A DNA stretch of 64,000 bases, taken from positions 6,278,707 through 6,342,706 of the forward strand of contig OZ037767.1 of assembly GCA_964035545.1 (NCBI GenBank). Direction: 5' to 3'. Below are positions 35,801 through 50,458 of the stretch, piece by piece; position 1 is the stretch's first letter, and each line of letters starts with the position of its first letter. The translations under genes and the position numbers were made by a program. Source of the DNA: Bugula neritina (lineage: Eukaryota; Animalia; Bryozoa). The notes under the pieces were generated by a model. It saw nothing but the letters and a program-made list of their open reading frames with translations. It made no database searches and was not told where the DNA came from.

Positions 35801-38800
35801 TAAAGTAAGGTAAGTACTGTAACACAGCCTACCTACAGTGAGGTAAGTACAACACAGCCTATCTACAGTGAGGTAAGTACAACACAGCCTATCTACAGTG
35901 AGGTAAGTACTGTAACACAGCCTATCTACAGTGAGGTAAGTAAGTATATAACACATTAGCTACTTACGACTAGAAGTCAGTGGCCACTTCTCACCAGGAT
36001 GGCGAGTCTTGTACACTTTCCAGTGCTTTTTACCTTCCAGCTATAAAATATTTCAACTCGAGATACACACATGCATACAAATTTATCATCTACACAACAT
36101 TGTGACTGATTCTAGAGCGCAAAAATGATGCATAGAATACTAATGTGATAAGTGCATGAGCGGACTTTCGAGTCGTAAAAGGAAGATTTAATCAAGTCAC
36201 TATAACACATATGATTGAGTAAGACTTAAATGATATCAAGCACTTTGTGTAAACAAGTAGAGAACCTGTAGAACAAATGCTTCAATGTCATCATAGTGAG
36301 GTGCAAATCCCTGAGTCCCTGGAGGAGTGAGGTAGACATTAGCTCCTGTCATGCTGCCAAACAGCTCCTGGAGAGAGCCGAGCAGACGCCAGACGTTGGT
36401 AGAGTACGTCTGCGGGTTGAGCAGTCTGACAGAGTGCCCAGCCTGTGAAACCACAGAATCAAAATCTATTGTTACGGAGGCACTTTGACTTATATCTCAA
36501 ATTTTATAACATGGGATAGAATATTAGGAATCACAAAGAACCTAAGCTCACGCATGATAAAAATATCTCACTAATGTGAAACCGCAAGCTTGACACTAGG
36601 AAAGAATTTCAAAAACAAGTCATTGTGAAAAACTTGAACAAGTTTTTATTTAATAAAAAAGTTTAGCAGTAGCAAAAACTGCAGTTAAAAAACATTACGT
36701 GGAAAGTAAACCAAGACAAGCGGCTGGTATTGATTATTCAATATATCATAAATACAGGCAGCTCAACATGACATTATTGAAATATGCTGAAGATCTGAAC
36801 TATAAAAGTATTTCTAAAACATTTAATGTGAAACTATCACCAAAGGTTTCAAAATTGCACTACAAACACACACTTCACAGTATTCATACACACCTCATAG
36901 TATTCATACACACCTCATAGTATTCATACACACCTCGTAGTATTCATACACACCTCATAGTATTCATACACAATAGCTGGGAATGCTCTGCCATGCAGCT
37001 TTGCTGTGTCACGTTCCCCATCTACATACGATGTAATATCCAAGTTCACCCCAAAACGAACATTTTCCTGTAATCATAACAAGAGGTTTGGATAGGATAG
37101 GATGCATGTAATGGTAGCCCTCACACCTCCCCCCTCAGTGTAGAGGCCAACAGTTAAAGTGTAGACATTGATAAAGTTACAAAATATGCACTCAGGTTAC
37201 CAGAACATCTTTATACTATCACAAGGCTCTTTCACAGACGGTAGCTTCCAGCTTATAGTATCTACAGCCTTGTTCTAAATCATAACTGTATACTCAGTTA
37301 GATGATGTAGTGCAGGTTCTATATGGGGGAAGAGGATCCTATAAAACTCTTCAAACCAAAAATGAAAGAATTTAGGTTATTGGAAGTACTCTGTCAGGTC
37401 CACGCCAAGTGGTGAAAAGTCAACTATAGACTATATGCGTTGAATTTACAACTTTTTGTGCTTTCAGTAAAACTAAGCGTGGTATGAATATAAAAATACA
37501 AACCTCTGACAGGATTCGATGAAACTCCTTCATGGAGAACCAATCATCTTCAAAATAATATTCTTTGTTTTTCCTTTGAATATGAAGTGGCTTCTTTAGC
37601 CAGTAGTTCTTGAAAAACTTGAGCCTACTTTCAGGATAAAGAAGCTTCGTTAACAACGCTTTAGCTTCAGTTTCTGGAATAGTATGATTAGGGGCCCCAG
37701 TAGCATCTGCTCGACCACCTCCAACTTTAGAAGAACTGAGTGACGAGCTTGAATTGTGTAGATGGCCATTTGAAAGTGATTCTGTGCCTTGACTCTACAA
37801 AAATTAAACTTATGCCTACAATATATTTCACAAGCGGTACTAGTGCTAGCCACCCGCAATAATGTGAAGAGCCTATCAGCAGGGTTCCAGGCTAACCCTG
37901 GAAATACAGTGGAAGAGTGAGGTGATGCAGAAAACATGCTATTTAATTAGACAACTCCAGAAAATAACACGTGAAGAAAAGTACCGTTTCTCATATAACC
38001 ATTATGGTGTGGCTGGTATTGCAGCATGGTGCATGAATAGTTCTGATGAAAAATTCTTGAAAAAGAACAATGAATTATTTCCACAAATAATCTATGATTA
38101 TAGTGAATACACAAAGGACAGTGTCTTTTCTACAGCTAATGCTGCAAACCCCAAGATATGCTCAACATTTTTCTAAGAGATAATTAAAAATTTGAGCATT
38201 TTACACTAATTTTTAACAAATCAAAATACAAGATATTTTAGACACAATTAATATGAAAGTCTGAGGATTACCTTCAGACTCTTTGTTGACTTTTTGCTGC
38301 TGACCAAACTGGGCGGAGTCCACTCCTTTACTTCCACTTTCTTAGAGACTTTGCGAGACTTTTTAACAGTTTGTTGGGCTGGTAATTCCGAACTTGCATG
38401 TTTCTCAGTTGTGGTGAGTTTGCTGCAAGCCTGAGCACCCAGATTCTCTGTCTGCAGAAACAAGAGTCTAACTTAGAGAGGAAATTTTATGAACTTTGTT
38501 AGAAAATCATTATGAAATGCCTTTTACATTAAACAACTGATATCAACTCATTCATGCAAGTTTAGTTCAGCTATGGTAATCATAGGCTTATTAATACTAA
38601 GTCACCAACCACAAAATCTTATTCACTTTGTAAAACCGTAAATAAGGTACGCAGTGGAAGTGCTTTACAAATTGAAAATTTATTGACTACCAGCTCTCAT
38701 CACGCTTACAGACAGACATCTTCCTAACACCATAATAAACTAAGACTACCCGCCTGAATCTAAATAATATTAGAAAAATAGCTTCAGCTTTCCAAAATCT

Positions 38801-39948
38801 AAAAATCAGGCAGCTTACTTGACTTTTTTCATCACATGGCACCGAAGCATAGTCACACACAGTCACAGTTACATACAGTCACAGCCATAAACATAACTCC
38901 AGTCACACAATTAACACAAACCTCTCCATCATCAACCTCACTGCTGACTGGGTCTGGTTTCTCAGGTACTTTGGGCGTCACTCCTTTATTTTTCCCTTTC
39001 AGCAAAGACATGCCACGCTTCTTGTTTTCCCTGAAAGGCTGAACTTCAACTTCAGGGTTTTCAGTGAGTTTAACTCTTTTCTCTGATTTAGGTGCATTGT
39101 ACCAGCTCAGAGGCTTTTCTGTAGGCTGTTTTACATCCTTTTTTCCAGGCTATTAGAACAAGACAAGCTTTCATTTGCGCAATGAATTCTTGCATCACAC
39201 TTCCCCAACAGCTCCGAGCTGCAGCTTTATACAAAGTAACTAATTTATTTTGATAATTAGCAGAACCTTCATTACTAAATACAAACTTGAATACAGCCAG
39301 CTGCATATTTTATGTAAGTGCAGTGAAAACCCTAGGCTACTGGCAGCATACATTAGCATTGCATAACATCCAACTATTTAGTCTGTACTTTACTTGAACA
39401 GCTCAATATAAACAATTACCATGAAGCTGTTATTCTACTATGACTAGCCATCATCTCACTGTTTGAGATGAGCTAAATCATTTAAATATTATTGAAGATC
39501 CCTGAGAGAGAACCCTGGAAGTGCAGAACCCACCTGATCCGTGGCCGAGGCTCTGTCTCGTGCAGCTCTTTTCCTTTTAACAGCCTTCTGCTCATCTTTT
39601 CGAGTTTTCTTTTTCAAAGTATTGGCTCTATTTTTCACGTAATTAGTAGCTATTTCCTCAGCTGCTTTGTTAAACTTCTCATCTTTATGAATTGATGCAA
39701 TCTTTTCCATCATCTCAGTGGGAAGCTGCAGTTCCTGTTTATTCTAAAATATTCGCCGTCGTAGAGAATATATATAAAAAAGAACTAAGAGGCACTAAGT
39801 GATTCAAACAGAGCTTATGAACTAAACATTCTTTTCAACAACTTTTAAGAAATCCAAGTCATCTGCTGCACTGACTCACCCCAAGAGCTTTAGCGACAGC
39901 AAAAGCAGATACTTTTCTGCTGTTTCTAGGAGTGCCACTTTTCTCCAT
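32816..39948 (-). CDS. RIOX1: Ribosomal oxygenase 1 / NO66 (JmjC histidyl hydroxylase, lysine demethylase)
   Basis: Exons 39948-39880, 39743-39534, 39149-38922, 38451-38272, 37794-37504, 37067-36954, 36442-36266, 36040-35968, 35482-35304, 35219-35118, 34662-34521, 34138-33998, 33890-33757, 33437-33351, 32878-32816. Motifs [74 protein letters not shown]. Confidence 0.96.
35007..35095. repeat. Minisatellite, ~27-bp unit x3
   Basis: acatctacacatacagtcagccataac repeats in a RIOX1 intron. Confidence 0.8.
35760..35945. repeat. Minisatellite, 30-33-bp unit x~6
   Basis: gcctatctacagtgaggtaagtac(tgt)aacaca repeats in a RIOX1 intron. Confidence 0.9.
36879..36972. repeat. 20-bp tandem repeat x~4.5 containing a RIOX1 exon end and splice donor
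   Basis: tattcatacacacctcatag repeats; on the - strand each unit reads ...tactatgag|gtgtgt. Confidence 0.9.
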
Positions 39949-40299
39949 TATAAACACTGCTGTAAACAAAAAATATGAAAACATGCATTTTTGCCAGTGA
40001 AATGGGCTATAGAGGCTGAATAAAAATGGGTTTTTCCAACAGCTAATAGAAGTTATCTTCTTTTTCCAAGAGAACAACACAAAACTGGTTTTATTAAAAT
40101 ACCATATTACAACTTTTAACAGTGAAATTAGTTTTAGGTAACTACGAAGTATAGAAAATGTTAAAACATAGACTAGGAGAGCATTAATAGGAAACTATTA
40201 AAAACAACTTTAAGGTTATGAGTTCAGTGTTGAAACTTATGATAAGATAAAGTTAAACAGGTCACAGAATTCAAACAGTTATACTAATTAAAAAATGTA

Positions 40300-41130
40300 T
40301 CAACATGATAATCATATCAAAGTAAATCAGTAATCACTAGTTAAGTATTTCAGTAGTTGGTAATGGTTAGCAATACTAATTGAGTAGTAGTTTGATTTTT
40401 AAGGGAGTGGAAAGTGGGAATACAAGATTGATGCCAAAACCACATATCTCTAATACTAATAGTAATACTATTAGTATTACCACGATTAGTATTAGTAAAA
40501 CTAAATGCGATACCAATACTGATACTCAGTACTCACAGAAATGCTGCAACACAGTAATAGTAATAGTAATACACTTAGTCTTACTCTTCGTCTTACAGTA
40601 ATACTCTAATAGTAATACTAATAGTAATAGTCTAATACTAATAGTAATACTAATGGTAATACACTATTAGCATTACTATACAGTAAAACTAAAAGTAAAT
40701 GTAATACAGTAATTGTAAAACTAAATGGTAATTCAAATTGAGTGTAAAGTAATAAGTATAACTATAACAGTAATAGTAATACTAATGCCAATGGTAATAC
40801 ACTATTAGCATTACTATACAGTAAAACTAAAAGTAAATGTAATACAGTAATTGTAAAACTAAATGGTAATTCAAATTGAGTGTAAAGTAATAAGTATAAC
40901 TATAACAGTATAAGTATAAGATTAAGTATAAGTATCTCTATCTCAGTATCTGTATTGCTATTGCCTATTAGTATTAGTATTAGTATTACTATTAGTATTA
41001 GTATTAGTTATAGTATTAGTATTACTATTAGTATTAGTATTAGTATTACTGTTACTATGAAGTAAAAGTTAAACTGAAACTAGAATAATACTAGAATAAT
41101 ACTAGTACTACTACTGCTACTACTACTAAA
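40300..41130. repeat. Degenerate hexamer array in putative first intron of RIOX1, including a 138-bp-period duplication
   Basis: AGTAAT/TAGTAT/AATACT periodicity; 40652-40770 is repeated at 40790-40908. Confidence 0.8.
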
Positions 41131-42293
41131 ACTTCTTATCAAAATTAAAGTATTGTCATTAATAATAAAAATCCAACTATGCAATGTTGAATTCACACGT
41201 TGAGTGCCAAAGTGAAATTATAATATTTGGAAATGGAGCAGCTACACGGTATCACCTAGGTTCTACAACTTTAATTGCGACTAAACGCGGAACGTTCAAG
41301 TTTCTCGCAAAACTGTGAAAAAGTGAAGCTTGCTCACAACTGCAGTTTTAGAAAACAACTCCAAATCGCAAGAACACTATAATTATGTTCAGTAAATAAA
41401 TATCCTAACTATAAATGATAATTTTGTATAGTTGAAATTGGGTTATTGCCTATCATTAGTATACAGGTTGAGTGAATAGCTATATTATCCTTCATTATTA
41501 AGAGTGCTGTTTTGTGCATTTACTGTATTACTTTCTTGTATTCAATCTAGGTAATGATAATTCACAACTTCTATAACATTAACTTATAAGTCAACTATGA
41601 GGTAATCAATAATTTTAAATGATGCAGCGTAGATATAGTTGATATTTTATTTGTAAACATCTTGTAGGAACAATGTACTAGATAAAAAAAATGATAAACA
41701 TTGATATTATTAATTGCACAAAAGTTACAGTGTTGTCTACTTATGTCCTTGACGTCATTACACATTTTTGTAAAATCAAACAACAGGTGTCATACGTCAA
41801 AATTATAATAACAATATTATTTCAAACATCCTATAACAATTTTTCAAAACATCACATAGATGTAGAATGAAGACAATAGAAAAAAATTAATAAATACATG
41901 ACTTCAAAAAGACAGTTAAGTTATAAAATGTATTATCAAGTAGGCATGATTGAGATTCAATGAATATAACTAACAAATCAAAGCATATGTTTGTGTCATT
42001 GTACATAATAAATATATAAAGGATAACAAAAGCATACCAGTCTTATGCAATTGCTAATAGCATGTTAATCAGAGACAGTAATACTAACAACTTACATCTA
42101 CTCTAGAAATGTTTCTATTCATTAGTTCCTTATAAAAATTACCTAGTAAAGATTTTCATTTTGTTAGTTTGGGCTTATATGGCAGCATACAAAATTATAG
42201 CTGCCAATACAAAACTAATAAGTACAAAAAACAACAGACTACAGTGTGAGAGAGTAGTTATAGACCAAGAGTTGGCAACTGGTAAACTACACT

Positions 42294-45200
42294 TTAGAAA
42301 TCCCAGTGAGTATTAAACTGGTACTTCAACATAGGATTATCTTCGGCATCACTGTCATACCCATAAACAATCGGTGACAGGATATAGAAACTAAAATATA
42401 TAACAAGTAGACAACCTAGATCCAGTCTATGTAAAACTCACAAGAGATAGGGTACAAAAAGCATCTAATAGCAAGAGATATAATATAGCAAGAAATATAG
42501 TATAGCAAGAGATAGCATAGGGATAGTACATAAATAGGTATATATTTCATTATCAATAATAGCTGGTGCTAATCTCAATACCGAATACCAAAATAACAGC
42601 AATCAACATCCAATTAGTCCACTTGAAGTCTATTATACAAGCCTTGTCTTTCAAAAAATTAGCATATAAGTATTTATTGTATTTAGTTAGTAAACTAAAT
42701 TCAATAAATATTATATTATTTTTATGTACCATGGTGTCTAATTGAATGATATAGTCCGGCAAGTTGGTGGAATAGTGATAAGGTTATCACAAACTAAAAC
42801 ATGCCGGCACGTCAAACATAAAACAATATGTAATTCCTATCATTTTCTAATAAAACTGAAGAATTAAAAACCAACAGCTTGATGTAATAAGTTTACCTTG
42901 CAGCAGTAGATGCACAAAGCAGCACAACTCCAAAGTATTGAATAACACTCGCAGTACTGGGTTTAAATAAAGACGCGAATCTCTTCAACAAGTGATCAGC
43001 TGAAACACCTGCAGATTAAAATATAGCGCAGTGAGCTGCGAGTAAGAATACTAGGCAGGTTTTGATCACATTTTAAACCTCTGTGACTATCTCTAACACA
43101 GTTGCTGTTGAAATGAAATAGCTAGCCTGGTATTAATTAGATTAACAGTTAACATACATTATTTTATTCAGTATGGATAGTATTTTATTGAGGACGTCAC
43201 AAATCTAGTTAAAAAATAAACTAAGAAGTTTCAGTACAACACACTAGTGAATTGGCTCCATAATTCCAGACGAATATTCTTACCAGTCAACATGCAGCTA
43301 AACAAATAGGCTGGCAGATAGTGGTGAGGATACAGAACTCTAGTCATTGGCCAAAATGGCAAATAATGGAGTAGCCAGGCGAGACCTAGCCAACCCATTT
43401 GTCTGTATACTTTTAGTATGGCGGTAAACGACCTTTTATCTGTAATAATAAAAGTCCTACAAATATTAAATCATGAGCTAAAAGATGTAAAACCCATATA
43501 CGGATATGGTAGAAATTAGTTCACTAAGGCACATAGAAGACATGGTGAAAAGGTTCAGCAATTAAGCCTGAACAAGCAACTGATTAAACCTAATTTATTA
43601 ATATCAGAATGCCACGTGCCTGTACCTTTGTAGGCTTTAGAACGCTGATATAGAACCATATCACGGAGAAACAAGTATGCAGTAGGAACGAATAATAGCA
43701 GTATCAGCACATGAGTCACAGGGTTTCCCAGCATCAGGATGTGTGGCTCAACACTGAAGAGCTGACCCTAGTGAGAGAGAGTGATTTAGATCAGACAACA
43801 TTTCAACAATCTAAACTAAAATGTTTAGTAGTTACAGCATAATTCATACATTTAGGCTCACAAACAAACAAAATATCAAAAAGCAACTTTAAAAGCAAAA
43901 CAAAGCATTTTAGCTTCAAACAAAAACCATACAATAAATTCAACAATTTAATAGTGCTAACTCTATTCATATGGCAATATTATTCATAGTCATATATTAA
44001 ACATTCCAACAAAGCCTCTGTTAAAAACAATGGCGAGGTGTGTCCACTTTTCTGTTTCAAACTTTCTTAGAACTTGACATATTGTAAACAAGTAATACAA
44101 GTACTAACTTTATATGCTAAAGGCCACATCCATGGCCTTGACCTAAACTCTTCTACTTTAGGCTTCAGATTTCTATTATTAGCAAACATGACGAGATGCG
44201 CTTCAATGAGCCGAGAGAAGAACGTTGGTCTGCTGTGCTTCCAGTCTAGTCTAATCACTTACAAACAGGAAATGAGAATATTTATAAGAGTGATGTTACT
44301 TTTAATAAAATAATTTATTAAAATAATCAATTAAAATTAATTAATAAAATAATTAATAAATAATTAATTTTAATAATAGGCTCACATTTTCTTCTAACTT
44401 TTCAGAAAAATTCAACGTTATACTTCATTCAAACTATCAAAAAGTGAAATTAAAGTATATTTATAATGCTCTTGCATTGAATTATATGCATTCATTTACA
44501 AAATAACTTACTTGGCAATCTCGCATCAAAAATTTCTTCAATATTCCACAAAGAGGCTGGCTCAGAAAACACATCAGAGTTACATGTTACTTCCTGTTGT
44601 CCTGAAGCCCTGTATTACAAGTACGAGTATGACTCAGCCCCATATGAACTGGTGATTACTAGTACAAGCATTACTAGTTCACATCATTTCTCAGATTTTA
44701 AATCAAAGTTGAACTTTTTTGGCATTCCAAGTATAAATTATAGATTTGCAGTAGTGGTTAGTTTGTGGTGGTTAAAAGTAACAATAACTCAATACTGAAA
44801 CTTTGAACTATTGTAAAATAAGTAATAAAAAGTATACATTCTACATTACATAAGATATATAAATCATGCTACATTATATCATTATATAAATTTTGGAAGA
44901 AATATTACCAGTTAGGAAGTTCTCTTCCCTTACAGCTAAGAGAGCAATTCTGATTAGTATGTATCATTTGGAAGACGGTGTATATAGGAGATATTCTACC
45001 ATCATCTTGGTGGCCCTGCACTACCTTTATCTTGAACATATTATTCTTATTATCTGGCGTATCCTATAATGGCATGAAAATGTTATACGTTTAGATGAAG
45101 TGAGTCGAGTGTTGTGAGTAAGTAAAGTGTAAATAGTTGGTAATAACACAGGTTAGTAAATACGTAATTTATCTTTCAGCATATATTATGGTAAGTATAA

Positions 45201-48200
45201 TGCACATTGACCTATATTATGGTAAAAGTATGTAAGTGTAGGCAGTGCAGCACAAAGTACCTTAAGTAGCATGGTGACAGTGGCCAGATATATAAATACA
45301 TCAAAAAGGAAAATAGCAGTTGAAAACTAACTCATTGCTAAATATCTAACTGTGCCCATAGAAAGAAACAAGTAAAAACAAGCCGGTTTTAAATTTACAT
45401 TTAAAAGTTCAGAAAAATAGTTAAATAAACAAATAGGCCAATCAACAATCATGTTACATAAATTCAGCTGACACAGTTTTCCGTTTAAAACAGTTTTAAC
45501 TCAAGTTGACACACAAAGTCATTATACAAGTTGCAGAGATCTGCCTAGAAAATGTTTCAGTGACAATCATGCAGTAAGCGAGACATAGACGCATCAATAC
45601 GTAATGTAACTTACTGAATAACAACCAACTCGACTCTGTCTGTGTGTCAAAGGAGCTGGCTCATCAACACTATATAACCACTCTTTTGTTCTGAAACACA
45701 AAACAGATACTTTAAAAGGTTTACAAACATATTCTCAGCTTACACCTGGTCCACCGGTTACATTTTCATTATAAAGCCAGTGCAATGCTTGTAAAAAATA
45801 ACTCCTTAGGGCTTATAGTCGCCATCCCTGTGAGAACCTCAGATGTAAAGGGGCTTTTAATTGGGCTAAGGACATGTTTTTATTGTGGCACAGGAACACT
45901 TATAGTATACTCACTCTTTATGTTGTAGTAATATAAAGTCTCCATCTTTGATGTAAACATGTTCATTAGTGTTTTGCAGTTCTTTACTCACGGCTCCTAA
46001 TATCCAATGATTGCCTTCGTGTCTCTGACTGTATGAAGTAACCTGAGAATAGTGTGCAAAATAAGGATCCAAGGCTAGCATTTGTTGTATAGTTAAAAGG
46101 TTAAAATTTACTGATTCTAATCAACAAAGATTTTGCGTACTGCTACGATATCCTTTATATAATGGCAAAATATACCAATTTACATTGGCGTCTTTAAATC
46201 AATATGATTCACTGTTGTATAATACAGAACACTAATATCTCTCAAATTCTTCCACAATGCAACGTTTTCCTAGAAGGCATTTATCCTTTTGCTTTATATT
46301 TTCAAGATATCTCAAGTGTTTTAATAATCTGTTAAACTGTGAGAAGTCAGGAGCTCCTAATAAACCTAACAAAGCTCTCTTAGCAATTTCAACTAAACTG
46401 CCATTAACAGTGACAAAACTGTAAGTATTTTAATTACAAAGGCTATAGAAATGCATGTAAACCGCCTGTACCTGTTGCATGTGTGCTCCAAACTCTTTAG
46501 GATAGTGTTGAGGGTGGGAGTGTAAATAGCCCCCAGTTGTTCTATAATTCTTCAAAGTAATTTCAGACCCATAAGCCACATCTGCAATATTCAGTTGCAG
46601 TCAATAAGACTCACATAATATGAATATATCGAATAAAATAATTATATTGACTAACTATTTGGGCTGAGTCCATTTGACAAAACGAACATACAATTCTGAT
46701 TGTTCTACTTTTTACAATGTTTGATTAGTGACAAAACTTTACATCCCTACTAGTATGACAACAGCTGTGTTTCTTTGATGCGGTTTCAATAATAATAAAT
46801 TCAACTTTTCAGACAGCTATTTCAATTTATTGAAAAACTATACCAAAAAATTATTAGAGAGTAAAACCTAAAAACTTGTTAAATAAAAGTCACATAAAAA
46901 TGGAATGGTCTTGATCTAAACTCTAAAGCAATTATTGAATATTCTACATAAACTAGTTAACTTCAAATATTCCTATATATTCAAAAGTATGGTTTGACAT
47001 TAATATCATTAAATGTTACATTTTATACACATTGTGTACTCATTTGAAGAAAGAGTTGGTGAATAACATGGGTTACTTACACTCTGGCATCTTAGCATGA
47101 TATAGTGGATTGTTTATAACAGATGTTTGAAAAACAGAACTGTAAAAGCTGTCCCCTGGACCACTAAAACAGAGAATGTTCATCATCATGGTATACTGTG
47201 CTACCAAAAACAATGATTTCACAAAATGTACAAAATTTGTGAGCTGCTAATATAAATATTCAATGAGTAATTAATGAAAAACTCTACGATGATTTTTTTA
47301 AATTGAGAAATAAAAAAGAAGTTGTAGTGTTTAAGCCTGCTACTTTCCTACTTGAAACAGGAAATATATCCTCCAATAACAAAGCAAACTAGCAGACAAG
47401 TACCAATAATAGAACATACTAATTTGAAGAAAGATATTTTTAAATCGTAGCCAATTAATTAAGTGAAATACTAAAAGGTCAAGGAGGAACAACTCACCTG
47501 CTACTGAGAGCTATAAAGTGAAGAACATATATGCTACAGTATACAAAGACTGGAATGAAGATTAACGTGTAAATTCTAGCCAAGACGTGCTGAACAAACT
47601 GCTCCTAAAACAGAACATTTAATAAAGGTTGTAAGTATTACTGATACATTTATTTCAAGGTATGGCAAGTGAAACAAGAAACTGAAGATGCATAACGAAA
47701 AGACTCAAGTTTCTAGTTATAAGCATATTACACAGTTTGTGAATATTTATCAGTTTATAAGCTAGACTACATTAAAAATTAATTTCGTAAACATGTCATT
47801 ATTATATCTTTTAAACAAATTGAAAACAAACAGCTGAAAATTTATATTTAAAGAACTTTTTAGGACAATATCACAATTCCAGTATTAAAATTATTACAAT
47901 AAAAACATTTTTTTAAAAAGGAGGTGAGAGAAAATATAGTGTAAGTAATTATCTACTCCATATACTCAAAAGTATGAGACAGACAACTCCATAGCACGTT
48001 GAAAAGTATATCAAATTACCTAATTTGTTTGAAACAAAAACATAGTGTCTGTTGCCAATCAATAACAGTTGAATCATTTATGTCACCCACAAAAACATGT
48101 TGTTAAGGAGTAAAAGTTTCTTACCAGAGGAATAGCCTTGTTTCCGACAATTCTCCATAAGTCACCTATAACTGACAAGCCAATGAGAGCCACAATAAAC

Positions 48201-50458
48201 AGCCCGACAAACTTGACTCTACAAAATGAAGGAGTAAGGCTAAAGTGAAAACCAAGCAATGACTGTAATTAAGCTAACAAGTTGAGTTTCCGTGGAGTGT
48301 TTTAATACAATGAAACTTACCCAACTGTACAAGCCAAGGAAACACCACATCCACACAGATGTAGCCACCAACTGCTACCGAAAGGTCTAAAAATAATATT
48401 ATAATGAAATTCAGTTAGAGCAAATTTGCGTAAAGGGATAGTATAAATATTCTATACATATGCAATTTGTATATAAAATATAATAGAACAAGTACTGTGT
48501 ACGATGCGCAATTGTGGCCAAGTCAACAACCTATATATTTGACACGACTCGTTTCACTCAAGGGTATGCGATAATATCAGAGCATTATAATTACAACCAT
48601 GATGAATGTCAGCCTGATAGAATACTCAAACAACTTGAATGTTTATCTTTAAATTAACCAAGATGTATAGAATCTTGTCAGTTCATAAATTTCCATACAT
48701 GCAGCAATAATTCCTTAAGCAGTGTACAGATATATAAAGTACACAACTGGAGTAAGTATTCTCAAATACATCACCTGGACTTTGTATGCTTTACGTAGCA
48801 GTAGCAAGAGAGTGACATGTAAAATAGTAGTATGGAGTCGAGTAAGATGAACCTAGACATCACTGTCAGGGCTGTATCTGCAAAGATAAGAAATATAATT
48901 AGCACCAGCGTTATGGAGGCTGACTAAATGCCATTCACTTTAGATTGCGTTATTCATTTTTAGATAGTGAAATTCACTTTAGATAGTGAAATTCACTTTA
49001 GATTGTGAGTGATATTCACTTTAGATTGTGATGTTTCTAACAAAACCTACCAGAGAGAATGAAGAAAGCAGTTAATATAGTTGCAATGGGAGAAGAAGAC
49101 AACTCCCACACAGTAGCTGCAGAGATTGGCACAACTGCTGAACCAAACAGAGCGGACACCTAAGCAGAAAGAAGTTAGCCTTAGTTTGCATAAATTTCTG
49201 AACAAAACTAAATTTACTGAAAAATATAAATAACGTATTCTGCTAGTGAACCATGAATTGGGTAGGCAGGAACCACTGGTAACACACCTGTCTCATTCCA
49301 ACATATTGAACACTTCTCATCACATCACCTGGCTTGTTATAATCAAAATCCCCTTCGTACCCTGTCATGTATCCACTCAACGCAAAAATAATCTACAAAA
49401 TAACTTCAATAATTAGCAGAGTTGGTATTGCTTAAAAATGATGCATTTAAATCGTTTGGAATAGTTAATAAAATTTAGTTCAACATATCACTAATCTGAG
49501 AAGTTGACTGTAAAGTGAAGCACAAGTTTTTAAATTGTGGATTGGTATGTTTATGTTTAAGTAACTACTTCATACTCTACCTTGCCAAGCGGTGGATGAA
49601 CATCAAAAAAGAGTGTTCTGTTAATGTAGTATGATGCATACTTGCCAAAATGCACCTCATCCCAGCTACAAACATTGTACATGTAAATGTATAGTGTGCT
49701 ATATTACAAGACAGCATTCGCATATAAACTAACCTACGAATAAAATTAAGACATAGCACCTCAAAACATGTAAATACACGTTTACTTTTTATTTGTTAAA
49801 CGATTAGAATTTAAAATCAAAATAATTCAAACTGTTTTGTTGAAATATTCAATCTATAAAAACAAAAGAAAGATATATCAAAAGTTTACATCTTCTATAT
49901 ATAACATATGCATAGTGGAAGAATAAATCATTTGCAGCTAAGTAATGCTTTATATAAGCAGATAAACTTTCAACTTATATCTGGTTATTCCCCTGAATAA
50001 TATACTAGAACGTCTACTTTATAAAACAATAATGTAAAACTTGAAAAGTAAAACAATGTCAGCTAGTACAACATAACAATAACCAGAATGCTATTTGTGT
50101 CATCTTTAAAAGTTAGAACGGGTAAAGGGTATTTTAACTTTTCGTTCATATGATCACATGATACTATACAGTTGACTACTCAAATGTCTACAAATCCATA
50201 ACAAAAATGTCACATACTCATATTTTTGCCTTGCTTTATTTTTAGTTATAGAGTATTTAGTCTAGAACATGAAAAACATTGTACAAAATCTTTTACTCCA
50301 ACTTTTAGATGATTCCAAAACCTAAATTTTTCAACCTCAAATGTGAATATTTACAAAACATAAAATATAAGAACATACCATACATGGTCAGGGTGTTCTA
50401 TTTGATAGAGCCGCAAGCCAAGAGAAATGGCACCTATAAGCGCTATAAATGTCTCCAT
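42294..50458 (-). CDS. POMT2: Protein O-mannosyltransferase 2 (PMT + MIR domains)
   Basis: Exons approximately 50458-50379, 49667-49581, 49392-49288, 49159-49051, 48877-48775, 48387-48321, 48217-48125, 47604-47498, 47164-47081, 46581-46472, 46042-45915, 45690-45615, 45063-44909, 44609-44511, 44257-44109, 43767-43626, 43439-43284, 43008-42897, 42390-42294 (some boundaries +/- a few nt). Motifs [75 protein letters not shown] and terminal WDF match POMT2 rather than POMT1. Confidence 0.93.
45809..45899 (-). mobile_element. SINE 3' fragment
   Basis: tatagtcgccatccctgtgagaacc...gggctaaggac, same family as 22251-22470. Confidence 0.65.
48932..49030. repeat. ~20-bp minisatellite x5
   Basis: attcactttagatagtgaa variants in a POMT2 intron. 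Confidence 0.85.

Noticed and set aside
35760-35945. Regular ~31-bp repeats suggestive of a CRISPR array
   Set aside because: No unique spacers; an intronic minisatellite in a eukaryotic gene.
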